Source: Octopus bimaculoides (Eukaryota). Taken from it: a DNA stretch of 64,000 nucleotides. Each line of letters opens with the position of its first letter. The first letter of the stretch is position 1. Below, in pieces: positions 36,926-49,830 of this stretch. The notes under the pieces are model-generated. The model was not told the origin of the DNA and did no database searches. It saw only the letters and a program-made list of their open reading frames with translations. Made by a program: the position numbers and the translations under genes. The stretch covers positions 37,050,687-37,114,686 of the forward strand of contig NC_068982.1 of the NCBI RefSeq assembly GCF_001194135.2, written 5' to 3'.

Positions 36926-37236
36926 ACATACACACACACATCACTTTGTGGCCTATATCCTTTTAACTATATGAATTTTACAAATATCTTGTTTTTTATG
37001 TTTGTAGCTGTTCTCATTACCATCTTATACACCATCTGTTTTTTCATATTCATCACAAATTCTCAAAATATGTTCAAGCCAAATGTCTTGACTATCTTTT
37101 ATTCAACATTTTTCCTGTTGGTGTCACTCCTCTCTAACCTTGAATACTGGTACCATCCACATATAGCTGAGACACCTTATGCTAGACTTGCACAGCTTTT
37201 ATAAATAGAAGCTTGAAAACTTCCTCCAATGGAGAC

Positions 37237-37425
37237 ATGACAGCCTAGTCCTTTTACAATACTAGAACATGTTTAAATATCAAAGAAATAGTTTTGCACT
37301 ACACACCACAGCAAATGAATAATACATTGCTAACACAAAGTTGCTGCAAATGCTTAGTAATATCTAATCTCTGGTAGTGGCCTCATGTCTTTAATATTAT
37401 CAGTACTGGTTTACAAAGACTACAT
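37237..37425. repeat. Arm A' of the 189-bp inverted repeat
   Basis: Reverse complement of 35677-35865. Confidence 0.95.
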
Positions 37426-37429
37426 ATAA

Positions 37430-37905
37430 TTTTCAAGGCCTGAAATGATTTCACGCCTGATCAGTTGGTAACCGCCATGCCTCGCCACCATTGCAAAAAT
37501 GATTTCTCCACTCTGGAGTACTGCTCAGATATCTGGGTAGTCACCACTGCTATGTACACAAAACACCCTAGCTCCCTCCTAACCATCACCACTACCACCA
37601 TGAAATCCTGCTTGATTGATGAAGTCTCAGCCACCAACATGCTACAACCACTATGATACAAGCTACTGCATTTCTTTGCCTCTTCTAGTGCTATTAAAAT
37701 AGCTCTTGTTCTCCTAAATGTAACTAGATTCATTTGCTCCTCCTCCTATCATCTTTAAAATGTCTTTATCTACAATAGCCTAAACTAAACATGTGGCATA
37801 ATTTTCCTCTTCAAAAATGCATCTTTCTGGAATTTCTTATTTGTTCATGTGTTTCCTGTTGCAACCACCCCCTCTAAAATGAAAAGAAACGCTAACCTGA
37901 ACTGC
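37430..37905 (+). mobile_element. CR1-like LINE 3' portion in sense orientation
   Basis: FTPDQLV...STLEYCSDIWV...LIDEVSATNMLQPL matches the CR1 C-terminal pattern (RPTLEYCSHIW...LQPL). Confidence 0.75.
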
Positions 37906-37910
37906 AACAG

Positions 37911-38086
37911 CATTCTCTTTGGTTTAGAAAATATGAAAATACTATGGATATTGTCCCCTTCTTGTAGCTGAATATTTATAAAATCTTCCAAAAATCTTCT
38001 TCTGACATAAACATCATAAATGCGAGCAAAAGTATAATCCTAAGTAGAGACAAATTCTTTAAATTTCTATTGATACTACTTCAATA
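37911..38086. repeat. Copy 2 of direct repeat B
   Basis: cattctctttggtttagaaaatatg...tacttcaata, same strand as copy 1. Confidence 0.95.
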
Positions 38087-40559
38087 TTTGGACACTACAT
38101 TTTTGTATTGAATCAATTGAAAAAGCTTCTATTTCTGTTGAGCTTTAAATGAGTTATAACAATTACTCTTACTAGTATACTTAATATCACTGTTCTCAAC
38201 TTAGCAGGCTTATCTTTGAAGAAAGATCTACGTTTAGTTTAGGAAATCCTTCTTCAGGGTTAGGAAATAACCCAACATGTTCAACAGAACTTCTAGTTCT
38301 CTTCCTGATACATGGCATCCTGTTTGTGTGAATATGGTAGGATAAAAAGCCTAAAAAATCAAGTTTACTCTTGGTTAGATTGAGATTTAAACCTGTAAGC
38401 TAAAAACAGCTCATATTGAGCTGATAAAACAATTTTATTAAAATTAAGTTAATAAAAGTAGTAAATGTATGTTTTTTTTTTAATCTACCATGACTCTACC
38501 ATGATGCAGTTGTACTTAACTTGTTCATATCTATACTTTTACTCTTTGCTAAGTCAGTTTAGCTATAATCTTACAGTTGTCCTTTTATTTTTCTTCTGAA
38601 AGCAGGAATAAAATAAACATTGAATTAAAAGAAAGCTTTCCTAGAAATTCCAATGGAGCTTGTAAAATTATGCTGTTACTGTTTAGCCTCATATAAGCTC
38701 TGATCGAGCAAACCTATGATCAAAAGTATTTCACTCAGGGCCATTCTGTCTTTTTTATTGCATGTTTTCTTCCATTTTTAAAACAATAGATAAAGGACTG
38801 ATTTGATTGCTATTTCTAGCAAACCAAATAACTCCATAAAAGCTTTCTCGTATCTTGTGTAAAATAATATTATTTTGTTGGTCATTTGCATTAAATATCT
38901 CTTCAACAGAATATAAAAAAATATTAAATATCTCCTTAATAGAATATAAAATAGTAGTTTGCACAGGTGTATTATCTAAATATTTCCACGTATTTGATGT
39001 TTGTTGTATTGTTATGCTAAAACAATAGAACTGAATTGAATCATCTTGGCAATAATTTTAAAATGCGAGATTTACAGTTAAACTTTTCACTTGAATACTG
39101 TAAATACACTATCATTGGAATCGTTGACATTTTCTTTGTTAATTGAATATTGCATCAATGAGGTAAATTCTATCTTTTTTTTTATTATTTCATGTAACGT
39201 TTCTCTTAGTGGCTTTTACTAACACTTACTTCTAGCTACAAAGTTGTACTCATTTAACCTATTTGAAATGTTGCCAACCATCTTGTTTCCTTCAAACAGT
39301 TCTGTGTAATAAAACAATATTTTGCTATTAGATCTGAACAGTAAAATATAAATAGCAACAACAGCTGTCCATTGTTTTGTAATTGAAGCAAGCTAGCTAA
39401 AGGAGCTATCTTTTGTTTACTGTAAATAAGTTGTGATTTGAAAAGCTGTCCTTGATGAAGTGTATGATAATTATCATTATTTAATAAATAGAAATTATAA
39501 ACATCTTGTCACACAATCAATGATTTAAAATGGAATGCATATTTTAATAACAATAGGAGAAATTACATCTTGACTTTTCAAAATATAGTTATCATTTCCT
39601 AATCTATTATTCTCTAGGAATATAATTTGAAGATCTAACAATATAACTGGATTATGTAAATCATTACTTTAATAGGGAATATAAATATGTATTTAATATC
39701 AAAGAGCTGAAAATATAACACCATTTTTCTGACGAATATTTTGCGTGACCCCAGTAAAAAATTTGGACATCATTTGTGTAATTGTCATAGATTGTTGGGA
39801 AACATACCACATAGAAAGTATCACATCGGAAGTTTAAATATGTAGGCTCTAATCAGAAATCTATTTAATAAATAGATTATTCCTCGACTTTTATAATTTT
39901 TTTGGCTCGTAATAAAGAATTGCTAATTTATAAAGTTTCATTTCTAGGAATTTAATACTGGTACATATACATTTTTCATAATTTCAGTTGTTTGATTTAT
40001 AACATACTACAAATGTGAAAGTTTGATCTCTCTGACTGAGTAGTTCAGTGTGCAAACATGTGGTTCTGAATTGTGATCCTGCCACATAACATCTTCTACT
40101 ATGGCCCTTTTGAATAAAATTTGTCAGATGGAAGGTGTACATCAGTTTGCAGGATACTTATGCACATGCACACACATTCATCTTCAAGTGGTTGCAATGT
40201 GCTTTACAATGCTATAATAGGAATCTCCTTAACTTTGGTAATTCACCCTCTTTTAGAAAGTCTCCAAAATGTAGCATCTGATATGGTCTTGTTGTTCAGC
40301 ATGATGGCAGTGGCCAGTCAAGAAAAAGACTACTATGTGTTGAGCAACAATTGTAGAGATGAATGAAATGTGCCCCCAAAACTCCTCTTTGGTCTTGTGC
40401 TCATACCTTGAGATATTCTGATCTCATGAGTTGGTGTGTGTACCATCAAACCTGTTTTAAAATTCCCTATTCATAGGCTAGGTTTCTGCTCCATAAAAAA
40501 AAAAAATTCTGTCTTCACATCATAGAGAAGGCCAGCCTTGTTGACTTTGAAATGAGTTG

Positions 40560-40561
<2 letters not shown>

Positions 40562-40608
<47 letters not shown>

Positions 40609-40743
40609 NNNNNNNNNNNNNNNNNNNNNNNNNNNNNNNNNNNNNNNNNNNNNNNNNNNNNNNNNNNNNNNNNNNNNNNNNNNNNNNNNNNNNNNNNNNN
40701 NNNNNNNNNNNNNNNNNNNNNNNNNNNNNNNNNNNNNNNNNNN

Positions 40744-40788
<45 letters not shown>
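40562..40788. repeat. (CT)n microsatellite containing a 135-N assembly gap (40609-40743)
   Basis: Directly visible. Confidence 0.97.
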
Positions 40789-40790
<2 letters not shown>

Positions 40791-41079
40791 ATTATCATCC
40801 TTTTAATGTTCACTTTTCTGCACTGGCTTGGAACAGACAAAACTTATTGAGCAGTTTTCGTATGGCTTGATGCTCTTCCAGTCACATATTCCCATTACCT
40901 ACAATCTTTTGAACAATGAACAGGCCAATAGCCAGGCATGTTTTGCAGCAGAAGGAAAGCAAAGACATTGTGTAATAGATGGTAACATATTGTTTTTTAT
41001 GCAGTGCATATATGCCATTAAGGCAATGAGAAGAGAAAAACACATGCACACCTTTCTGTGTGCATGTTTTTCTCACACA

Positions 41080-41225
41080 CAACACCTGCATCCAGTTTCT
41101 GCCAACCAGTTTCATCATGAGTCATTGGTCAACCTCAGGTTCACCATTAAGGTAGAACACACATGCTCTGAACTTAAAACCACACCAGCACAAAGGAAAC
41201 TTCTTAACCACACAGCCATGTGTGT
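41080..41225 (-). mobile_element. SINE family B head, reverse, degenerate
   Basis: ggaaacttcttaaccacacagccatg end; ccagtttctgccaacc core. Confidence 0.55.
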
Positions 41226-41234
41226 GTAAAAATA

Positions 41235-41560
41235 TATGTCACATCCACTTCTCCAGTCTTATTGCTCTTACTGCACTCTCCCCATAGCTGCTCTTGCTTC
41301 TCAACACCTATCCTCAATATTTTCTTCCTTTCTCCTGTCCCTTACATATCCTCTCTATGTATATAATGTATACCCTGTTACTCTCTTCACTAGTGCACTC
41401 TTACAACTAGAAATCAGTTCCTTTAATCATACTTTAGTCTCTCTTGTCATCTTATCTAGAATCATTGTTTTTTTCTCTCTTATTCTTTCATTCATGGAGA
41501 CCCTTTATGTTCTTTAGTCTTGCAAACTACATGGCAACATCACTAGTTCTGGTACCATAA
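41235..41560 (-). mobile_element. Probable RTE-like LINE 3' remnant
   Basis: Pyrimidine-rich + strand whose minus-strand translation loosely follows RTE C-terminal patterns; very degenerate. Confidence 0.35.
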
Positions 41561-41564
41561 AAAA

Positions 41565-41725
41565 ATCACCAAGTACACTCCATAAAGTGGTTGGCATTAG
41601 AAAGAGCCGACAGCCATATAAACCATGCCAAAACAGACACTAGAGTACAGCATGTTCCTCCACCTTGTTGAATTCTCGTCAGGCTATCCCACCCTTGCCA
41701 GCATTGGATAATAGATGTTAAATGA
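41565..41725 (+). mobile_element. RTE-tailed SINE 3' body (tail type 3)
   Basis: caccaagtacactccataaagtggttggcattag...cccttgccagcattggataatagatgttaaatgat. Confidence 0.7.
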
Positions 41726-41809
41726 TTACACATGCACACACGTAAAAATGCATTGAAATTACAGAAAAAACTGAAAGTACTTAAAACAAGAGCACACACA
41801 CATATGTAT

Positions 41810-41990
41810 ATGCTACCCGAGGTGATTGTAGCAAGAAGGTGGTAGAGAAGGAAGGAGAATGATTGGCAGTAGCGGTGGTGGATGACATTGATAAGAGCGA
41901 ATGATGGACATCAGTGGCAAATGTCACAAGAGAAAGAGTGTGATGACTGATAGCATAGAGAGAGTGAGTATAGTGTATCAAGTAACTATC
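41810..41990 (-). mobile_element. CR1-like 3' remnant
   Basis: LIHYTHSLYAISHH resembles the CR1 LI..PSLT.SLQPLSHRR segment. Confidence 0.4.
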
Positions 41991-42019
41991 CTTTTGAATG
42001 AAGCATGTTATGTAATCTT

Positions 42020-43330
42020 CAATACAGTATTTCACCACTTGTTGCAATCACATGTTTTCTTTGTTGATAGGGTCAGCCTCCTCAAATCTGCTTTCATCAC
42101 TCCTTTCCATGTCTTTTTTTATCTTCTCTTTCAAGTTTCTTCCTCTTCTTTACACATCTTTCATTCTCTATAAACGTAACACATGCTCATAGCAGCTAAG
42201 TCTTCAATGTATATAGAGAGTTTCTTCTCAACTCTTTTTGTGCTCCGTTGCTCAAGCACAATAATATACAACCAGCAGAGCATGCAGACTAACTTTCATT
42301 TGAAGAAAGAAATCTTTTGTGGCCAGCAGAGACAATAGCCTCCAAACTTTTTCCTCCTCATTAATACTCTAGTTATTATACCTTCAGTGCAACTATCTGC
42401 ACTGTAAATTTGATTTCATAGAAGTTATCAACTACTTCAAGGGTATCTTCTGGGCATTTGAAGTTTTTGAGTGCTCTCATTACTAATTACAGATGAAGTC
42501 TTCCTTTGCTGTGATCCCACTACATCTCTTTTGCACCCATAGTTTACATTAAATATACAATATCGAATTCCTACCTACTCTTTTCTTTCATATCAGGCAT
42601 AGTCACTTCCTGAATGTCATAGTCTTGTATTCTTTTTTACTGAGACGTTTTGCTTTTCCTAGTTTAGTTTCAGGTCACTGGATTTGTTGCTCTACTATTA
42701 ACCTTTACCTTTAATTGATTTACCTATGAGAACTAAGTCATCAGCATAGAGAAATTCCTCCCAGCAGTCAATCTCTAGCTCCTTTCTTACGAGAACTATG
42801 TTAAATTCTGTACTAAATTCTTGCTAACTTTCACCTTACTAATAACACCCCTGTACATGGCTTCCATGATACTCATATGCTATTCATCTCCATCTATTTT
42901 TGTTAATGAACACTTGGTATAGTGGCCTGTACATTGCTGAGAACTTCTGTTTTGTTTCACTAGGAAGAGGGCAGCAGTGGTACTTTGTCCTGGTACAAAT
43001 CCAAATTGCATTATTCTGATTCTCTTTCTAATTAATTGTGCTGTTACTCTTCCTCTTATTTTCATATTTTGCTCCTTCAATTGGATGCTTCTTTTCTTGA
43101 ACATCTCTTTTGCCCTTGAAACATTAAATCAGGATACTTATATGCCAATCATTGTAGATGTACTGTCTGACTGACAGTTTCAATGCTTAATGCATGACCT
43201 ACTTCACAAGCTATTTTCAGCACAAGTGACAACCCCTGTTGGTCTTGTTACATTCTCTATCTTATATTGTTTATGACCTTGTAGACTCTATTTCTGTCAA
43301 CAGCTTTCCATAATAGTGTCTCTATACCTC
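42020..43330 (-). mobile_element. RTE-like LINE, reverse-transcriptase region plus 3' part
   Basis: MQFGFVPGQSTTAALFLVKQ (ORF 42880-43104), FLYADDLVLI at ~42725-42755 and GRNSIL..CKLWVQKRC at ~42530-42575. Confidence 0.88.
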
Positions 43331-45585
43331 TTCTTGATATCAATAAGGGCAAGTGCACCTCTATCATTTTCTAATGTCTGTGTATATGTTTATATATTGT
43401 TGCTATTATGCAAAAGTGTCATAAGTCCAAAACGAAAAAATAGTTTCACCATTCCATTTCTTTTTACATTAGCAACAGTTTCAGTTTGACAATAATACTT
43501 TGTTGGGTGCATAAAATCATAACTCCATGCATGTATGATATTTTCAGTCAGAAATATTTTTGCAAAACTGTCGTATGTGGGACTTACTACATTTGAAAAA
43601 TGCTAAATCATTTTGACAATTTTCATATCTTGGCATCTGAAGCAGCTGGAGATACGATAGCTTGACCAAAAGAACCAGCTATTGCAAGCTAGATTAAATA
43701 TTGAAAAAAACGCATTTGGCCAAATTTGGACATATGACAGTTTAACATAATAGCAATGATATATATTTGTGTATAAATTTATCTGGAATGGCAGTACTGG
43801 TGTTGTTTCCCTTTGCACTTGGTTGACACTGCCTGTTGTACTCTTTTAAGGTTGGTAAAACATGTACCTGACAAAGTACTTGCATCAATATAATCAGCTT
43901 AAACTAAGTTGGATGGCTGAAACCTGTAGCAGTATATATTTTGATTACTAAATTGTATAATCCACCAAGTGTTCTCTTCAGTTTTTTCCTCTCATATTCA
44001 TGACTTGTCTGGAAATTTCTTAAGTACTTCTCCATAATATGGTTCTTGCTATAAAGTCAATGTTGAACTTACTAAAAAAAAAGAAAAGGGACAAAAGAGG
44101 TTTACTTGTAATTTGGTTCAGCTCCAGCAAGTAGGTTAATTGTAAGGATTTTGACATTCCATTCACATTAAGATAATAGCAGTAAAGTAATATGTGCAAT
44201 GAATGTTTATAAGTAGATGAATTAGAGTAGTAATTAAATGTTACACGAACTGCAAATCAACTATAATGTTATACACACTTTTGATAGTATCTGAAAGATT
44301 GAACTTAACAGCCTGGATTGACCAGATCATTAAGTGTATGAACCTAGATATTTTCTACTTTGCTGAAGAAAAAAATGATTTATTATACATATGAGCCAAA
44401 AGTATGATTTTTTTTTTTTTTCTGTAAAGTATAGTCGTTCTAGACAGGGGACAGAATGACTGATGGCATTTTATTGAGTGTCTATTTGAAATTTACAAGA
44501 CTGCAAGTGTGTTTACAGAAAACAGGTATTAGAGGATTTATTTGCTGCATATAAGAGATATGAATATGTAATTGAAGTAGAGAATAAATGTTAGATAGAA
44601 AAGTATCCTTGTTGTCATCCATAGATTTAAAATCTAAATGATGATGGATTAAGCTAAAGACATATTTTTATTTTTCAAAAGTTTGCTAAATACCAGTGAA
44701 GGCAAATGAAGGACAAATAATCCTGCCTTAAATACTTAGTCAAATACTGGAACATGGTTGCAAACTGTTTATTTATTTATTGGAAGGTGGGGGTCAGTTT
44801 GCTTCAGTTTATTTGATAATTCAGTCATGAAACAAATATGAATATATCATACTACTGAACATGATCTATTAGTTCTTTTCTTTATTCTTTATAAAATGGT
44901 AAGCTTGCTCTGATCCAATCATTGTCAGTTTTATTTTAGAAGCAAGTCAGCAGAAGACTAGGTTTCATTGAACATCACAAACATTCTTGTTGAATTTTAA
45001 TTAGATTTAGAGAGGAAAAATGAAATTGTAATATACAATAAAAATAAGTCTTTATAATATTTTAACATATCTATCTTGGAACACTCTCTCTCCATCTTTC
45101 TTGACCTCCTGTCACCCATTCATATATCTAATTCCAAATTCATGATAGAATAGAACATTTCTTAGACATTTGCTTATCGTTTGTGAGTTAATGTCTGATA
45201 TGTTTGCAGACAAACCAATTTTAAATTTTGTGAATGTTTCCAACAAAATATGAGTAAAAAGTATAGCAAAACACCTTTACCTTTAATGAAGGTTTTAAAG
45301 TTAACTGAAGTATAATTGATATATAATTCTTTGTTGTAATTTAGTGTTTGGTGAAAATATCCTTTAAAATAATGAACTGTGCTGAATGATTTTATTGAAG
45401 GCCTAAGGAAAGAACTAGAAGAAACAGTTTATGGGTACATTTGACTGTAGGATGTAAAGATAAATGCAGAGTTAAGAAAAAAAAAGGTAAAATGGTTATA
45501 AAAGAAAGAAAACAACAAAAGTGAACTTTTTGTGAATATGTGTTGGTAGATGTACAGGAAATGTTGGTTAATGTTTGTGTTTGTG

Positions 45586-45800
45586 GGGGTTGTGAGCTGA
45601 CAGAATGATTAGCATGTTGGGCAAAATGCTTAGTGTCATTTCGTCTGTCTTTATGTTCTGAATCCAAATGCTGCCAAAGTCAACTTTGCCTATCATCCAT
45701 GATAAAATATGTACCAGTGTTGAACATTGGGCTTAATGTAACAAACTTTCCCCCTCTCCCAAAATTACTAGCCTTGTGCTAAAGTTTGAAACTAATATTT
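45586..45800 (+). mobile_element. SINE family A copy
   Basis: gtgagctgacagaatgattagcatg...gtcaactttgcctatcatcc...ccttgtgctaaagtttgaaac. Confidence 0.8.
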
Positions 45801-48800
45801 GTCTTTTTGTAGATTTGGAAACATGTGATGTAAGAAAAATTAGTATTTAAAAAAATTTGGGAGTAATCTTTCTTAGTTATAAAACTCTCCTTTGCATGCT
45901 TCTATTGTAAGATGATTGGTATGAAGGAACCATTTGTCTAATTAACAGATCTTTTGTACTGCTATTCTGTCATTTGTGTTTTGGTTGTGAGATGCAGTAT
46001 GATTGCTTGAGTTATGTAGATACAGTATCTCATTGATTTTGTGATGAATACTGGTGAAGTAGAAAATGTGGAATCAGTATCTTAGACTTGTCAGAATTTA
46101 TCAAAGAGAACTGATAACATAGTGATTTGAACATACAAACTGGATTGCTATAATTATTACTTATGGTATTTTGAATTTTCTGGTTTAATGAAAGTTATAC
46201 TAAAATGTTGATATAATGTTCTGACATAGATTGCTGATATGTCTTTGTATTCAACTTTGATTGATTATGAAGTTAAAATAGTGTTGTGATGTAGAGTTGA
46301 CTGTGGCACTTGTTATTGCACATTTAGGATATAATTGAGGAAAATGTTATGATATACATATTGAGATTAAAGATGTGAAATTGATAAGCCAGATTCTTTT
46401 AAGAAACAGTAATTTTAGGATATCTTATTGATAAGTCATGATCCTTTAGTTCTTCATTTTATTCTCTAAAATAGTTCACTTGCTCTCATCTAATCCTTAT
46501 CAAGTCTATTTTAAAAGCTTGTCAAAAGGTTTAATGTCCTTAGAAGTACTTGACCAGCCATTGTTGTTGCTCAAGGAATTGTAGAGCAGCAAGAAATTAT
46601 TGAAAGCTAAACTTAATGGACTTCAAGCAGTTAGAGTGTGTGCGTGTACATGAGAGAGGGAAGGAGAATATTTCTGTGTTAACTGATGCATATTGTTACA
46701 TGTTCGTTTGTAGTTAGTTAAGATTGCAGTTCATTAGAAACATGGAACGCAACAATACATTCTAGAGAATGAGCAAAGCATTCTGAATAGACAGTCTTTA
46801 ATACAATTTCCTTATAACAATCAGATGACTAGCAGAATTTTAGTTCTGATGGCTTTTGCAATTACCTATAAATTCTTTCTTTCTCAAAGGTTTATTTTCC
46901 TGCTTGTTTTATTCTGCAAGCTTAATTAGGAATGGCAAAATATTGTTTCCTTGCATTCATTTCTTCATAATTAATTAACACATTTTCCCAGACAAAGCCT
47001 ATGTACGGAATGTTCCATTTTTGTTAACAACATTTTGTTTTTTACCTTTTTCCTAGTTTATCAGTATTAATTGTGAATTAAGAGTATGAATTGCTTGCTA
47101 AAGAAAAGAGAATTGATAAATTCATACCATTAGTAATTTCATTAGTCTTTTTTTCATCCTAAAAGTAATTGTCATTTAAACACCTGATATAGCTGAATCA
47201 ATATTGTTAACAAGTAGTTTTATCAGATCTGATAAGTTTGAAACAATTACATACAGCTTGGATTTTTTTCTCCATTATATTTCTATATATATTGGGTTTT
47301 CCATCAAAGCAAATATTAGCTTTGGGTGTGTATCCACTGTGTAACCTTGATAATGCTATGAGATATAGACTTTGTATAAGTTTATGTATTTGCATCTGTG
47401 TGTGTGTTGCTTTTTTCTTTTATTTAATGAAGAAATCTATGTGTATTTTTTTCGCCAAGTTAATTTTTTCTTCATCAATTTTTAAAACATTTAAATGTGT
47501 ACATCTAAAAAAAGAAAATTAAAACAATTACATAGTGTCTTTTTTTGTGTGGAAATTATTTGATTATATGGAATTTGAACAATGAGTTTTGTGATTGCTG
47601 GCATTATGAAATTAAAACTTTCTTTTTTTTTTATGTAGTACATCAATGCTTTTACATTTACATTTTTGGTTTGTATCTATCAATAGGTCTTCCTAATTTT
47701 TCTCAGATATTTATATGAATGTTGCCTTTACTGGTTTCTGAAGCCTATTTCAACAAGCATATCTTATTTGGATGACATACAAAATGTAAACTCTTTGTCA
47801 GTCATTTACTAATTTAATTTTTGTATTAGTATTTGTATTAGTTTAGTGTCTACTTCTTACTTATGAAAGATACAAACTGTTTACAATATTATTATTTATT
47901 TATAGATATTCATTTCTAAGTGAATTCTTTAAATAGTTTAATAATCATACATTATTATTTTTACTTTAAACACCAAGCATTTCAGAAAAGGTTACCTGCC
48001 CATATACCTGTCACTTTATAAACACTAATTTTAGGCATCACTCATATTTTTTTTATGATTTGTGGAATGATTGTCTTAAAATACAGTGCAAATTTAAGTA
48101 AACTATTCATCTAATTAATGGAACAATAACTATTTTCTTTATTATACACCATACCCAAGGATTATTATTATTAATTATGATAATATAATGATAGTAATAA
48201 TAATATTCTCATCATCCTCATTATCATCACTATAACGAGTTAATCATATGTGGTTCTAAAGCTCTCTTTATTCTTATATCACATTGTAAAGTAAGAAACC
48301 AACTGCAACTATCTTAGCTAGAAAAACAAGCTTAAGCCGAATGATAAAAAGTATCAGTAGAATTTACTCTAGAGATCTATCAATGGGCACTTTTAGCTAA
48401 AAATAGCTTTTCTTTTCTGATATCATATGTCTGCAAGCAAGAAGTAGTGCATCGTTGATTCAACCACATAAAGTTTTTATGATAATGTATTTTTCTATTT
48501 ATTTTGCTACTAGAATAGGTTATATGAAAAGAAACTTTAACATTTTGACTGTATATCATCCTCAAACATTACACATATCTTTCTCATGTTTCTAAATCAA
48601 ATTGTTTTGTCACTTCTGTCTTTCAAGAATTTCTTGATATTATAGATAAACTTCTCCCACAGTATGGGAGAACAGATGTTAAGACTTGATTTATGCTACA
48701 AAGATTGCTTTCTTTTGTAAATATAAATTGTGCATTCTCATTTATGTAACAACCTTAATTGAATGACATCACTTAATTGAATTGTTCATCTTGTATCTTC

Positions 48801-48939
48801 TGATTCATGTAGTTCCTCTTCATTATTTACATAATCTTTCTGTGTTTCCTTTCTCTCTACTCATTTCTCTTAACAATCTAGATCAAGATAGATGTGAGAT
48901 TTTGTGTGTGCATGTGTGACCATCAATATGGTCACACAC

Positions 48940-49830
48940 GCACATTTTCTATCTGCTTTGCCTTGCTTGTAAGAATTGGATGGGCTTTCTCCAAGCATAG
49001 CACCTCACCATTTGTTCCAAACGCTTGTCATCATCATATGTTTCAGCCTTCCAAGATAAGCCTTCACTTCCGTCATATCTTCCTTGTTGTTCCTCTTAAG
49101 CATCTTCCTTCCACTACATTTGGCACTTCTTTACCTTTTTCTTATACATATCACATGCCTGTACAAACAGTCCTCTTTTGCACACACCTGATTCTTTTTA
49201 TACTCAGGTTTTTTTCTCAGCTCATTTGTGCTCTGTCATTCTTGTACACTCACATTACACGTCTAGCAGAACATGATAACCTTATTTCTTTCCAGCTCTC
49301 ACCCATCCTCTGCATTCAATACCTGTATTATGCTACCATGCAATATCACGCCTCATACTCTTCATACACAAACATCATACAGTCTGCATTTCACATGGAG
49401 AAAGAATCTTTTGTTGCTAACAGAAGTAATATCTCTTGAACTTTTTCCACCCCATTCTAATCTAGCTACTATGTATTTGGAACACCCACCTTCACTGCCA
49501 ATTAGGTCACCTGGATAGCAGGAGCTAGCAACTATTTCTAGGGAGCCATCTAGGCATTTGAAGGAATTTATTTCACGAATGCTCTTATTGCTAAGTTCCC
49601 CTGTGCATTTCCTTCTCTATCAGCCCCACTATATCCTTGTGCACCCATAATTTACATTTGATATACTGTATGGAATTCCTACCTACTCCGGTTTTTTTTT
49701 GTTTTTTTTTACATATTAATCATAGCCACTTTTTTACATATTAATCATAGCCACTTCCCAGATAACTGTAGAGCTCTATTTTCATGCTTACTAAACTTTT
49801 GTCTTTACTAAGTTTACTTAGGAGACATAG
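48940..49830 (-). mobile_element. RTE-like LINE 3' third
   Basis: GDLIGSEGGCS..VAR, LHVKCRLYDVCV, ELERNK...CNVSVQE and VEGRCLRG remnants; Cys-insert remnant at 49640-49690. Confidence 0.85.

Noticed and set aside
40471-40850. ORFs of 97-106 aa in the ORF track
   Set aside because: Artefacts of the (CT)n microsatellite and the N gap.
43661-43739. Coiled-coil-like peptide LDQKNQLLQARLNIEKNAFGQIWTYD between AG and GT
   Set aside because: No polypyrimidine tract, weak donor, and no convincing fit to the expected continuation of the spectrin repeat.
46585-46629. 45-nt phase 0-0 candidate micro-exon SSKKLLKAKLNGLQA
   Set aside because: Poor acceptor and donor context; such short AG-GT frames are expected by chance.
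49707-49755. Short tandem duplications (25-bp unit here; smaller ones near 54165-54200, 60980-61005 and 38484-38505)
   Set aside because: Ordinary slippage or repair duplications, two copies each; not arrays and not CRISPR-like.
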